The notes under the pieces were generated by a model. That model searched no databases. It was not told the DNA's origin and was given only the letters and a program-made list of their open reading frames with translations. A stretch of 48,839 nucleotides of DNA from Candidatus Fraserbacteria bacterium (lineage in GTDB: Bacteria; Bipolaricaulota; Bipolaricaulia; RBG-16-55-9): positions 1 to 48,839 of the forward strand of contig JBBIOR010000001.1 in assembly GCA_037443265.1 (NCBI GenBank). The letters are read 5' to 3'. The translations under genes and the position numbers were made by a program. This document shows positions 1-8,411 of the stretch, piece by piece. The number at the start of each line of letters is the position of its first letter. The first letter of the stretch is position 1.

Positions 1-1571
1 CGAGGCCCAAGCTGCAGATTGTCAGGCCTACTCCAGAGCGGAAAGAGGTGCAGCCAGTAGTGAAGCAGGGCAGCGAACTGAAACCAACATTCCAATACTG
101 TCCATACCAATATTATGGCAGGCTCGCCCCATTTAAGGAAGTGATGTGCCAAAGCTACTGGCACATCTGGCACCGCAAGGTATGGCAAACAGGCAAGATC
201 CATGACAATGTGCTTCAACTCTACAATAATGCCATCACGAAGGGCGCAGACTATGGCATCGTCTACACCTACGAGAAGAAACGTGACATGAGGCTTATGT
301 TGGCAGGATTTAAACAGATGAGTTCATCTCAACTAAAAGAGATGTTGGACGTCTATGCTGGCCTATCAAGCACCACGATTAGTAATGCTGACCTCCTTGG
401 GGGTATAAAGAGTGCTCTAGCTCCTTGTGTAATCCAGGCTTTTGACGATCTGACACAACTACTTACCACCACGGATTTCAGCGACAAGGTTTGGATCTGG
501 AGGGAAAGTTGTTCGATCTTCAATCAAATGGTTCGGGAATTCGAAGAACATCTCGGAGATCGTACCCTAGGAGTCCTCAAGGAATTAATCTCTCAAATCG
601 GTTCACTAGACAGTGAAAGAAAGATTGTTCTATGGGCACTTCTCATAGATCGTCAATACGAGTTAATTACAGAAATTCGCTCTTTGGTGAGCATCATAGC
701 GTCCAAAATTCTGGCACTAGGCATTCAGGATGTCGACCCTTTCAGAACACCGCCCGAACTGCTAGCGGCCACTACGATTATCGTTGCCGAACAAGTCCTC
801 TTTGCTATTATGTCCTGTCAGGAATGTGATCGAATGGCGGTGCTGACCCACTATCGTAATCGACTTAGGGAAGTGGCAGCAGTACCACCAGATCCTAGGA
901 TTTTTGGACTTGCTTTCAATGGCTTGCGTCATGAACTTACCTCAGTAGTGCAATTAAATTTATACGGATGGGATTTAATTGATTATTCCAAACCTGTATC
1001 CACGAGTATCGGTCGTACCGAGATCGATATTATCGCTACCAAAAACGTCCCTGGAGTTGGGAAAGTGGCTTCCTTCGTCGAAGTAAAGGCAGGCAGCTTG
1101 TTTCTTATCGGAATGCCCGATGCCCAAGCTGCGGCGAATCAGCTTACACGATACCTCAATTATGTCTTACAGGTGCAGCAGTATTGTGCCTTAGGGAACG
1201 CCTGCGAGGTGGGGGCAGATATGCGTGTAGTAGCCTTTATCTTCCATGGTATAAGCATTTCAAACACTGCTGAGTGGCTAGCTAATACCGCTGCAAGCGT
1301 TAGCTCAGGAATTCCAGTAATCGTAATCTACTGCATCTCCAATTGTGGAACTGCCAATGCAAGGTATGCAATAGCTCATAATCCACATGTCTCTGTTACG
1401 CAAGCCCAAGCAATCTGTGCAGCCATGGGCTACTGTATCACACCTGCCTTACCACCTCCTTTGAATGCTGTGGTTGTAGATCCTGTGCCACCTCTAAAGA
1501 GTCCACCGAGCTTGTGTCGCAGGCAACCATGCCTTGAGATTCAAGGTATAGGAACACTACAAGATCAGTAG
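1..1571 (+). CDS. Hypothetical protein A1 (5'-partial). Frame is open to the window start and the listed GTG at 48 is probably internal. Paralog of the 2892..4340 product: Pro-rich region, then a conserved Cys/aromatic-rich domain (KPTFQYCPYQYYG...).
   Basis: Six-frame ORF; clear paralogy to ORF 2892..4340 (KPxFxYCPYxYYG...C.W..W.K.W...VVY..KR..L.AGFK..SS.QL..MLD; also GNxC..GA..VV.F.F...IPVIV near the C-terminus). No stop upstream in frame. AT-rich codon usage (~45% GC) unlike the rest of the window. Confidence 0.55.
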   Translation, partial: RPKLQIVRPTPERKEVQPVVKQGSELKPTFQYCPYQYYGRLAPFKEVMCQSYWHIWHRKVWQTGKIHDNVLQLYNNAITKGADYGIVYTYEKKRDMRLMLAGFKQMSSSQLKEMLDVYAGLSSTTISNADLLGGIKSALAPCVIQAFDDLTQLLTTTDFSDKVWIWRESCSIFNQMVREFEEHLGDRTLGVLKELISQIGSLDSERKIVLWALLIDRQYELITEIRSLVSIIASKILALGIQDVDPFRTPPELLAATTIIVAEQVLFAIMSCQECDRMAVLTHYRNRLREVAAVPPDPRIFGLAFNGLRHELTSVVQLNLYGWDLIDYSKPVSTSIGRTEIDIIATKNVPGVGKVASFVEVKAGSLFLIGMPDAQAAANQLTRYLNYVLQVQQYCALGNACEVGADMRVVAFIFHGISISNTAEWLANTAASVSSGIPVIVIYCISNCGTANARYAIAHNPHVSVTQAQAICAAMGYCITPALPPPLNAVVVDPVPPLKSPPSLCRRQPCLEIQGIGTLQDQ

Positions 1572-1592
1572 TCATGAAGCACTGAACGAGCA

Positions 1593-2861
1593 ATGATAAG
1601 GCAAATCATTATAGTGTTGCTTGTGCTCCCCCTTGGTTGGGCAGTCACAGTAAACCATTTCGGCTATGATACTACTCAGTTTGTTGTAGAAGGGGGATCT
1701 ATGATTCTGAAGGTTCCACAGGACTATCCCACAATTCAAGAAGCTATTGAAGCAGCTCCGGCCGGCAGCACAATTGTAGTAGCTCCCGGTACTTACCGTG
1801 AGAACCTGACCATCTATAAATCTTTGACGCTCAAGGGGTTTGAGGCCAGATTGCAAGCCAAGGAGTCTCAACCAGCCGTCCGCTTTCAGAATGCAGATGA
1901 GGTCTCCATGGAAGACTTCCTGATTCGTCCCCAAGAAGATCCGCCCGGAAGAGGTATTCCCTTGCACCCACCATCCGAACCTTCAATGGGCATTCTCATC
2001 ACGGGAGATACGCGCGCCTTCCTAAAATGGAATTATCTCCAGGATTGGACCATAGGGGTCCAGGTTGAGTCGGGGGCTTCAGCCCTGCTGGTGGAGAACA
2101 GTATATGGACAAATGCAGTCAATGCCAAGGGACTTGTCATACAAGAAGCGGAGGCTACCCTGCAAACCAATAGGCTCTATATCGAATCGTCTCTAGAGTT
2201 TGTAGAAGGGATATACGCTTACAAAAGCCATCTGCGGGCGATTGAGAATCAGATCTTCATCTTGTTAGGTGCACGAGAGGTGGCTTCCGCTCTTTTCTTA
2301 GTCGACTCTGAGGCTGAGGTTTTGCGAAACATCTTCGTGGCTCAAAGATCAAATGGGGTCACTATCCAAGGCGCCGGGCACCTCACGATTGATGGGAACT
2401 ACATATCCACAGATTCTGTAGGAGTAAGCCTGTTAGGATCACAATACTTCGGATCCAATGGATGTGCTGTGATGATTAGGGCGAATTACCTCTATGGACT
2501 GCCGGGAGCGGGAGCTGGCTTTAGTATCCAAAACTTCCAAGCAGTAGATATTGCAGAGAACATGATCAACGGTTATCGAGTGGGTGTTTTTTGGGGCTCA
2601 GAAGGTCGCGGGCTAATGAAGCGAAATCTTATCGTCGGTAATCATGAGGACGGCGTGCTGATCGAACGCAGTGCCTTCAGAGTGCTACTGGAGGAGAATC
2701 GAATCCTGAGCAATGAGGGATGCGGCGTGCGGATTGCGGATGCACTGCAAAACAACTTGGAAGCCATAGAAGGAGAAGGGAACTGGATTGAGGGAAATCA
2801 ACAGGGAGACCTTTGTCCACTCGATTTCCCCTGGCCAGCTGGTTTTATTAAGAAGCCCTAA
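1593..2861 (+). CDS. Secreted right-handed parallel beta-helix repeat protein B1 (NosD/pectin-lyase-fold-like) with an N-terminal signal peptide.
   Basis: N-terminal hydrophobic signal (MIRQIIIVLLVLPLGWAV). Motif DYPTIQEAIEAAPAGSTIVVAPGTYRENLTIYKSLTLKG, typical of NosD/PbH1 beta-helix starts. Repeated NxIxxN/G turns. C-terminal GDLCPLDFPWPAGFIKKP shared with ORF 4563..5627. Confidence 0.6.
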   Translation: MIRQIIIVLLVLPLGWAVTVNHFGYDTTQFVVEGGSMILKVPQDYPTIQEAIEAAPAGSTIVVAPGTYRENLTIYKSLTLKGFEARLQAKESQPAVRFQNADEVSMEDFLIRPQEDPPGRGIPLHPPSEPSMGILITGDTRAFLKWNYLQDWTIGVQVESGASALLVENSIWTNAVNAKGLVIQEAEATLQTNRLYIESSLEFVEGIYAYKSHLRAIENQIFILLGAREVASALFLVDSEAEVLRNIFVAQRSNGVTIQGAGHLTIDGNYISTDSVGVSLLGSQYFGSNGCAVMIRANYLYGLPGAGAGFSIQNFQAVDIAENMINGYRVGVFWGSEGRGLMKRNLIVGNHEDGVLIERSAFRVLLEENRILSNEGCGVRIADALQNNLEAIEGEGNWIEGNQQGDLCPLDFPWPAGFIKKP

Positions 2862-2891
2862 GCGCAGGAGCTGGACTTCTCCCAGGCCCAG

Positions 2892-4340
2892 GTGGTCATT
2901 CTCGAGGCGGAGCAAGAGGAAGCCACGGCGCTGGTGGTGGTGCCCGAGGCAGCAGCCGGAGGCCAGGGGCTCTTGAGGGGAGGCTTCGGCTTCGATCTGG
3001 ATCGGGCGGTGTACACGGCCGTGAAGGTGCAGCGGGTCAGTGGGGGAGGAAGTCGGGCGAGCTGGCAGATTCTGCCTGAGCCTGTGCCGCAGCTGCCGGT
3101 GGTGGTACCGAAGCCCAGGCCGGGGGTGGGTCCGCCGAGGTTGCCGGCGCCCAAGCCAGTGCCACCGAGTCCGCCGCCTGCGCCGCCTGCTCCTGTGGTC
3201 AAGCCGGGCACAGCGCTGAAGCCGGTGTTTGAGTACTGCCCCTATGGGTACTATGGTGGGCCGGTGCCGGCCTTGAGCAAGGGCCTCTGCCAGGAATCTT
3301 GGGCCCAGTGGTACAAAAAGCAGTGGAATAATAGGCTGGTTCATGGGCAAATTTTACGAGCTACGAATACCATCGCTCAGCAGTCTTACAATGTTGTCTA
3401 TGCCTGGGATCGGAAGAGAGGGATCGATCTCATTGCCGCAGGCTTCAAAGGTCTAAGCTCAACACAGCTTCAGACGATGTTGGACCTTGCTGCCGCGAAG
3501 GTTCAAGAAGCCCAGCCGCAACTACCTCCCGAGATTTTACAACGATGGGAGCAAGCTAGCTCCTTGATCAACACGATCACACCTGCTGAGTTTGGGGGTT
3601 GGTTCGACGCTTTGAGTCAGGCCATTGAGCAAGGGCGATTTGACGAAGAGTACAGCCGCTTGCTGTCCCAAGGGCTCGAGCGATTACAGAACGCCCTGTT
3701 AATTCTCATGAATTCACAGGATACGCGAAGGGCCAAGGAGCTTCTCCGTAAAGCGGCGCAGGTCTGGGCACGACTTGCACAGGTCTCGCCGGAAGTTGGC
3801 GAAGCAATCAAAGAGCGCATGCGGGATGTGCGACTTCGCTTGGAGAGCAATTTCTTGCTCCTTATAGCTGCCTGTGACCTTGTACCAGGCGTCTGTACCA
3901 TTCTTCAAATCGAAGGCTTGGGAACAGTCGTCGTAGCAGGCAACTCGGTCGGGCAAGGTGGATGGGTATATAAGGGCCTCAGATTAGATCGAGATGGCTC
4001 TTACACCCAACAAGGTCTCGGGGACTGGTGGGGAGCGGTCTTACTCTTGCCTAAGGAGAAAAACCCTATGGGGCGCAGCATCGTCGCTGTTTCACGTGGA
4101 GACCATTGCGTCGACTGCGGGGCCAAGGCGGACGAAATCTCCACCTGGGTGAAAAGAGCTGTGGAACTCGCACCCTCCGTTCAAAAAGATAACGGAGGAG
4201 ATCTAGGCGTAGTGACTTTCGCCTTCACCAACCCCAATGCTAACGTAGCCTCAGTCTTGCAACGCCTAAGACAAGATCATCAGGATAGCCAGGTCCCTGT
4301 CATCGTTGCTTTGGATGGAGAATGGTCGAGTTCGGTATGA
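2892..4340 (+). CDS. Hypothetical protein A2, paralog of A1. The N-terminal Pro-rich low-complexity linker is followed by the conserved Cys/aromatic-rich domain. The exact start is uncertain.
   Basis: ORF; ~45% identity to A1 over the ~100-aa conserved domain (ALKPVFEYCPYGYYG...), weaker similarity through the rest. GC-rich Pro tract at ~3075-3210. Confidence 0.55.
   Translation: MVILEAEQEEATALVVVPEAAAGGQGLLRGGFGFDLDRAVYTAVKVQRVSGGGSRASWQILPEPVPQLPVVVPKPRPGVGPPRLPAPKPVPPSPPPAPPAPVVKPGTALKPVFEYCPYGYYGGPVPALSKGLCQESWAQWYKKQWNNRLVHGQILRATNTIAQQSYNVVYAWDRKRGIDLIAAGFKGLSSTQLQTMLDLAAAKVQEAQPQLPPEILQRWEQASSLINTITPAEFGGWFDALSQAIEQGRFDEEYSRLLSQGLERLQNALLILMNSQDTRRAKELLRKAAQVWARLAQVSPEVGEAIKERMRDVRLRLESNFLLLIAACDLVPGVCTILQIEGLGTVVVAGNSVGQGGWVYKGLRLDRDGSYTQQGLGDWWGAVLLLPKEKNPMGRSIVAVSRGDHCVDCGAKADEISTWVKRAVELAPSVQKDNGGDLGVVTFAFTNPNANVASVLQRLRQDHQDSQVPVIVALDGEWSSSV
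3075..3210 (+). repeat. Pro-rich low-complexity coding tract (PKPRPGVGPPRLPAPKPVPPSPPPAPPAPVVKP) inside A2.
   Basis: Read directly: runs of CCG/CCC/CCA codons. Antisense ORFs 2685..3350 and 2858..3211 are artefacts of this tract. Confidence 0.6.
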
Positions 4341-4562
4341 ATGCATCAGCCAAGGGTGTTCCAACCTCAGCTGGCAAGAACAGGAACGAATTGCCTGCAA
4401 CCAGCTGGGCCTAGCTGCCGGCTGTGCCGGTCCTCCATCTCAGGTGTCCGCCACCAATCCTCTACCAGCCGGCACGCCTCACCTCCCCCTCCTGATCCTA
4501 GTAGCTTTTGCCAGGGACGGATCTGTATCATTTGACAAGCTCCAGGACGCCAAGACTGGAGG

Positions 4563-5627
4563 ATGGATCATATGAGGGAAATGCTAGGGATGGTAACGAT
4601 TCTAGCTGCCACGCTGGTTGCAGTTAGCGGAGCTTCACTGAAATGGCAGGGGAGTGTGCTGTCGCAAGTTGCCTTCATCATCGAAGTGAGCTGCCCAGAT
4701 CCAGAGGGGTGCTGCTCCCTTCTGGCTAAGGCCATAGAGCAGGCTCCCGCAGGAGCTACCCTGCGGCTTGCTCCAGGCACTTACTATGAAAAACCCCTCA
4801 CCATCGAGAAGAGCCTCAGATTAGAGGGAGCCCCATCAGAGAGTGCCCGCAGCCCCCGCATTGTCCTTGTACAGGTGGGCACGGCCCTCCGGATCCGGGC
4901 AGGCAGCCCAATGACCGTGGAGCTTGAGCGCGTGTCCATTGAAGCCCTCGCTCAAGATCCCTTCAGTGGTGAAGAGAGCGTAGCTCTGGAGGTGTTTATT
5001 AAGACATCGAGTAATGTACAGGTTACACTGAAGGAGGTCGGTATCCGGAGCCATCAAGGGATCATGATTGGGGGCGATCAACCAGGGGCACTGGTCGTGG
5101 AGGTTATTGATACGAACATTCTTGCTGGCAGAGGAGGGATCGGTATGAACTTGGGGCGGCTGATCCTGCAGGGGAGCACCTTGCGCGGCCCTAACTCTGT
5201 CCTCGCTGCCTTGTCAACTCCCTTTCACGGGGTCTTTCTACAACCCATCCCTTCCGGACGGGTTGAGGCTGTTTTAACCAAGAACCTCATCGAAGGCTTT
5301 AGCGTTGGCCTGTGGGCAACTGCCAGCAGCCACTTGGGGCAGGGGAGGGTAGACCTTCAAGGGGTAGAAAACGTGATCGCCTCCAATCGCCAAGATGGTC
5401 TTTATCTCCTAGGGGATCGAGTCGATGCCGAGCTAAACCGAAATGATATTCGCGAGAACGGTGGCTATGGAATCCGGTTAGCTCTACCCGATTGCACAAG
5501 CGTGCCACGTGAGTTTCGATTCCAAGGAGTTATACGGGGGACTGAGAACGAATTCTTCAACAATAAATCAGGGAATCTTTGTCCACCGGATTACCCCTGG
5601 CCCCCGAACTTCATCAAGAAGCCCTAG
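4563..5627 (+). CDS. Secreted right-handed beta-helix repeat protein B2 (paralog of B1). The true start is probably the ATG at 4572 or 4581, downstream of GGAGG.
   Basis: Signal peptide (MLGMVTILAATLVAVSGASL). Motif LLAKAIEQAPAGATLRLAPGTYYEKPLTIEKSLRLEG. C-terminal GNLCPPDYPWPPNFIKKP identical in pattern to B1. Confidence 0.6.
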   Translation: MDHMREMLGMVTILAATLVAVSGASLKWQGSVLSQVAFIIEVSCPDPEGCCSLLAKAIEQAPAGATLRLAPGTYYEKPLTIEKSLRLEGAPSESARSPRIVLVQVGTALRIRAGSPMTVELERVSIEALAQDPFSGEESVALEVFIKTSSNVQVTLKEVGIRSHQGIMIGGDQPGALVVEVIDTNILAGRGGIGMNLGRLILQGSTLRGPNSVLAALSTPFHGVFLQPIPSGRVEAVLTKNLIEGFSVGLWATASSHLGQGRVDLQGVENVIASNRQDGLYLLGDRVDAELNRNDIRENGGYGIRLALPDCTSVPREFRFQGVIRGTENEFFNNKSGNLCPPDYPWPPNFIKKP

Positions 5628-5885
5628 ATGAAAACGCTGCTGGGTTCTGCCCTGGGTGTCTTGGCCTTGCTCGCTCCCAGCGCGCTAGCCGCTCCCAGCC
5701 TCTCCTTAAGCGGGATCTTCCTGGGCGAGCCCGATATCTTCGTCCCCGGCCTGGGAGTGAGCGTCAAGTTCCCCTTCACCCGCTCCCTGAATGGACTTGC
5801 GGGTGCAGCTCTTTTTCTGTCCGGCAGCTGGAATCTCAAGACGGGCGTCGCTTGGCCGCTCTCCTCCTGCTGCTCTTCGACGTGA
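5628..5885 (+). CDS. Small secreted protein with signal peptide and alternating beta-strand pattern. Probably the N-terminal part of a frameshifted ~135-aa beta-barrel-like protein that continues in another frame to 6040.
   Basis: Start overlaps the B2 stop (TAGATG). Signal MKTLLGSALGVLALLAPSALA. Downstream frame 5885..6040 encodes ...LSLPLSRSWAFFNELSLNVPLAARFLQPEFAVGFSLSF, ending in an OMP-like aromatic C-terminal strand. Confidence 0.4.
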   Translation: MKTLLGSALGVLALLAPSALAAPSLSLSGIFLGEPDIFVPGLGVSVKFPFTRSLNGLAGAALFLSGSWNLKTGVAWPLSSCCSST

Positions 5886-6040
5886 TTGACGACTTGGTGC
5901 CCCAGCTGGGAGCGGGAGTGCGCTTGAGTCTTCCGCTCTCTCGTTCGTGGGCGTTCTTCAACGAGCTGAGCCTGAATGTGCCTCTCGCGGCCCGCTTCCT
6001 CCAGCCGGAATTCGCTGTAGGATTCTCGCTCTCCTTCTGA
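5885..6040 (+). pseudogene. Out-of-frame continuation (C-terminal beta-strand region ending ...GFSLSF) of the small secreted protein. Frame switch is near the CTCCTCCTGCTGCTCTTC tract at ~5860-5877.
   Basis: Frame-2 translation downstream of the frame-0 stop at 5883-5885 gives amphipathic beta-strand-like sequence with a terminal Phe. Upstream of ~5850 the same frame reads as non-protein-like. Confidence 0.3.
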
Positions 6041-6127
6041 TCTTTCGACTTCGAGCGCCGCGAAAAACAGCGTAGCTATTTGCTTGATTCTGTGCCAATC
6101 TGCTAAGCTGCCCTCCGGTGGTCCCCT

Positions 6128-6991
6128 TTGAGCCATACTCAGCGCGTTATCGATATTCACGTGCACATCCAGCCCTGGAGGATGCTCAAGCCCCAAGTAC
6201 TCGCCCTCTGGAGGCGCCATCATCCGGACTTCGATCGATTGCTCACGCTCGCCGACAGTCCCAGCGAGTTCTTAAGGCTCATGGACCAAGAGGGCCTGGA
6301 GCGGGCCGCCCTCATCAACTACGTCAGCCCCGAGGTGATGGGCTTCACAGACGACGTGAACGAGTTCATCTCGAAATATTGCCAAGCGGCACCCGATCGC
6401 CTCATCCCGGCGGGTTCGCTCCACCCCAGAGATCTCAAAGACCCCAAGGCCCAAATGAGCCATCTCGTGGAAGATCTGGGGATCAAGATGATCAAAATTC
6501 ATCCCCCCCATCAGCTCTTCTATCCCAATGAATATCTAAGCGGGCTCGACGCCTTGGCGGTCATCTACGAGCAGGCGCAAAGTTATAATATCCCCATCAT
6601 GTTTCACACGGGCACTTCGATCTTCCCGGCCGCCAGAATCAAATATGGCGATCCCATATTTCTGGATGACGTAGCCCTCGATTTCCCAAAGCTGAACATC
6701 ATTATGGCCCACGGCGGGCGGCCCCTCTGGATGAGCACAGCCTTCTTCCTCCTCCGGCGGCATCCCAATGTGTTTCTAGACATCTCCGGGATTCCGCCCC
6801 AGAATCTTTTGAGTTATTTCCCGCGCCTGGAGGAAATCGCGCTCAAGACGATGTTCGGCAGCGACTGGCCGGGACCGGGCGTAAGAAGCATTCGCACCAA
6901 TATCGAGAATTTTCTGGAACTGCCCATCTCTTCCGAGAGCCAGCGGGCCATTCTCTACGAGACAGCCGCCAGACTCTTCCCCTCGCGCTAG
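6128..6991 (+). CDS. Amidohydrolase-2 family TIM-barrel metal-dependent hydrolase (TTG start).
   Basis: N-terminal IDIHVHI (HxH) motif, IIMAHGGRP (HGG) and FGSDWP near the C-terminus, as in the ACMSD/LigI-like amidohydrolase-2 family. Confidence 0.7.
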   Translation: MSHTQRVIDIHVHIQPWRMLKPQVLALWRRHHPDFDRLLTLADSPSEFLRLMDQEGLERAALINYVSPEVMGFTDDVNEFISKYCQAAPDRLIPAGSLHPRDLKDPKAQMSHLVEDLGIKMIKIHPPHQLFYPNEYLSGLDALAVIYEQAQSYNIPIMFHTGTSIFPAARIKYGDPIFLDDVALDFPKLNIIMAHGGRPLWMSTAFFLLRRHPNVFLDISGIPPQNLLSYFPRLEEIALKTMFGSDWPGPGVRSIRTNIENFLELPISSESQRAILYETAARLFPSR

Positions 6992-6994
6992 CCC

Positions 6995-8395
6995 ATGCAG
7001 CTTCTGCGGATCCTCCTCGCTCCCAAGTGGTTGATCGTCGGGTTGGGGCTTGGGATGATGCTCTTGCTCCTGCCGCCCCCCGAGGGCCTCTCCCCTGTGG
7101 GAATGAGGACGTTGGCCCTTCTTGTGACCGTCGTGATCTTCCTGATCACAGAGCCGATTCCGTTGCCCGCCACTGCGCTGCTCATCGCCGTCGGCCAGGC
7201 TGTGCTCGGCCTGGGCGAGCCCAACGAGATCGCTCGCTCGTTCCTAAGCGACGCCGTCTTCTTCATCATGGGCTCGCTCATGATCTCTGTGGCCCTCATC
7301 AAGCAGAAGCTGGAGGTGCGCATTGCCTTTGAGCTTCTCAAAAGGACCGGCCCACGGGTGGAGTGGATCGCCTTCGGCATTGCCGCCACGTCGGCGATCC
7401 TGACGTCGTTCACCGGCCAGCACACGGTGGCCGCCCTGATGTTGCCTGTAGTGCTGGGCATCATCTCGGCTGTGGAGCAGGACTCGCCAGGCGCGCGAAA
7501 TCTGGCGATCCTGCTGCTCCTCTCTCTCACGTACGGCTCCACCATGGCGAGCCTGGGCACCCCCTCCGGGGGCGCGCGGAACGCGATCATCATCGATTAC
7601 TGGCGTCAGATGTTTCAAATGCGCGTGGACTACGCCACCTGGATGGCCTATGCCTACCCGCTGTTACTTTTAAATCTGCCCTTCCTCAGCTTTATTCTGC
7701 TGCGTACCTTTCCACCAGAGGAGCAGGATCTACGGCGAGCCCTCGTAAGACTACGGCGCGACGTGCGCGCGCGCGGGCAGCTCTCCTCCCGAGATGCCCA
7801 AGCCATCTTCATCTTCCTCTTGATTCTTGTGGGATGGGTCACCCTAAGCGGGCAGCTGGGGCTGGGAATGATCGCTTTAGCCGGTGCTTCGCTCTATCTC
7901 ATCACCGGCCTAGTCCGATGGGAAGATCTCAACGCGGGGGTCAACTGGGGCGTGGTCTGGCTCTACGCAGCCACGATCTCGCTAGGCTTTCGCCTCCAAG
8001 AAACCGGTGCAGCCCCGTGGCTGGCTCAGCAATTCTTGGGGCTGCTGGGAGGCATAAAGGGACTGGGCCTCCTGCTGACTACCAGTCTGTTGGTCATCGT
8101 CTTTTCGAATCTGGTAGGGGGAGGGCCGGCCGTGGCGGTGCTCGCTCCTATCACGCTGCAGATGGCCGCCCTGACGGGGCAGAGCCTTATGGCTGCCGGC
8201 TTTGTGACGGCTCTCTCCTCAGCCTTCACCTACCAGACCGTCATCGGAGCCCCTTCGTCGATGATCGTCTACGGCAGCGGCCAGCTGAGACCGCGCGATT
8301 TCTTACGAGCTGGCTCCAAGCTGCTGGTCGTTTCCGTTATAATCTTGCTGGTGCTGGCGTGGCTCTACTGGCCGCTTCTGAGCGTGAGTCGCTAA
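6995..8395 (+). CDS. SLC13/DASS-family anion permease (CitT/ArsB-NhaD superfamily), polytopic membrane protein.
   Basis: Many TM segments; motifs GSTMASLGTPSG and GAPSSMIVYGSG typical of SLC13 hairpin loops; 466 aa. Confidence 0.7.
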   Translation: MQLLRILLAPKWLIVGLGLGMMLLLLPPPEGLSPVGMRTLALLVTVVIFLITEPIPLPATALLIAVGQAVLGLGEPNEIARSFLSDAVFFIMGSLMISVALIKQKLEVRIAFELLKRTGPRVEWIAFGIAATSAILTSFTGQHTVAALMLPVVLGIISAVEQDSPGARNLAILLLLSLTYGSTMASLGTPSGGARNAIIIDYWRQMFQMRVDYATWMAYAYPLLLLNLPFLSFILLRTFPPEEQDLRRALVRLRRDVRARGQLSSRDAQAIFIFLLILVGWVTLSGQLGLGMIALAGASLYLITGLVRWEDLNAGVNWGVVWLYAATISLGFRLQETGAAPWLAQQFLGLLGGIKGLGLLLTTSLLVIVFSNLVGGGPAVAVLAPITLQMAALTGQSLMAAGFVTALSSAFTYQTVIGAPSSMIVYGSGQLRPRDFLRAGSKLLVVSVIILLVLAWLYWPLLSVSR

Positions 8396-8411
8396 GCGAG
8401 AGAGGAGCGCG

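Noticed and set aside
2685-3350. Minus-strand ORFs 2685..3350 and 2858..3211 (Arg/Gly/Pro-rich) and plus ORF 2788..2976
   Set aside because: Low-complexity translations of the antisense or alternative frames of the Pro-rich tract of A2; no protein-like features.
4341-4562. TTGACA hexamer at 4532..4537 as a promoter for B2
   Set aside because: No acceptable -10 element at 16-19 nt spacing (downstream sequence ACTGGA/GGAGGA), so it was not called.
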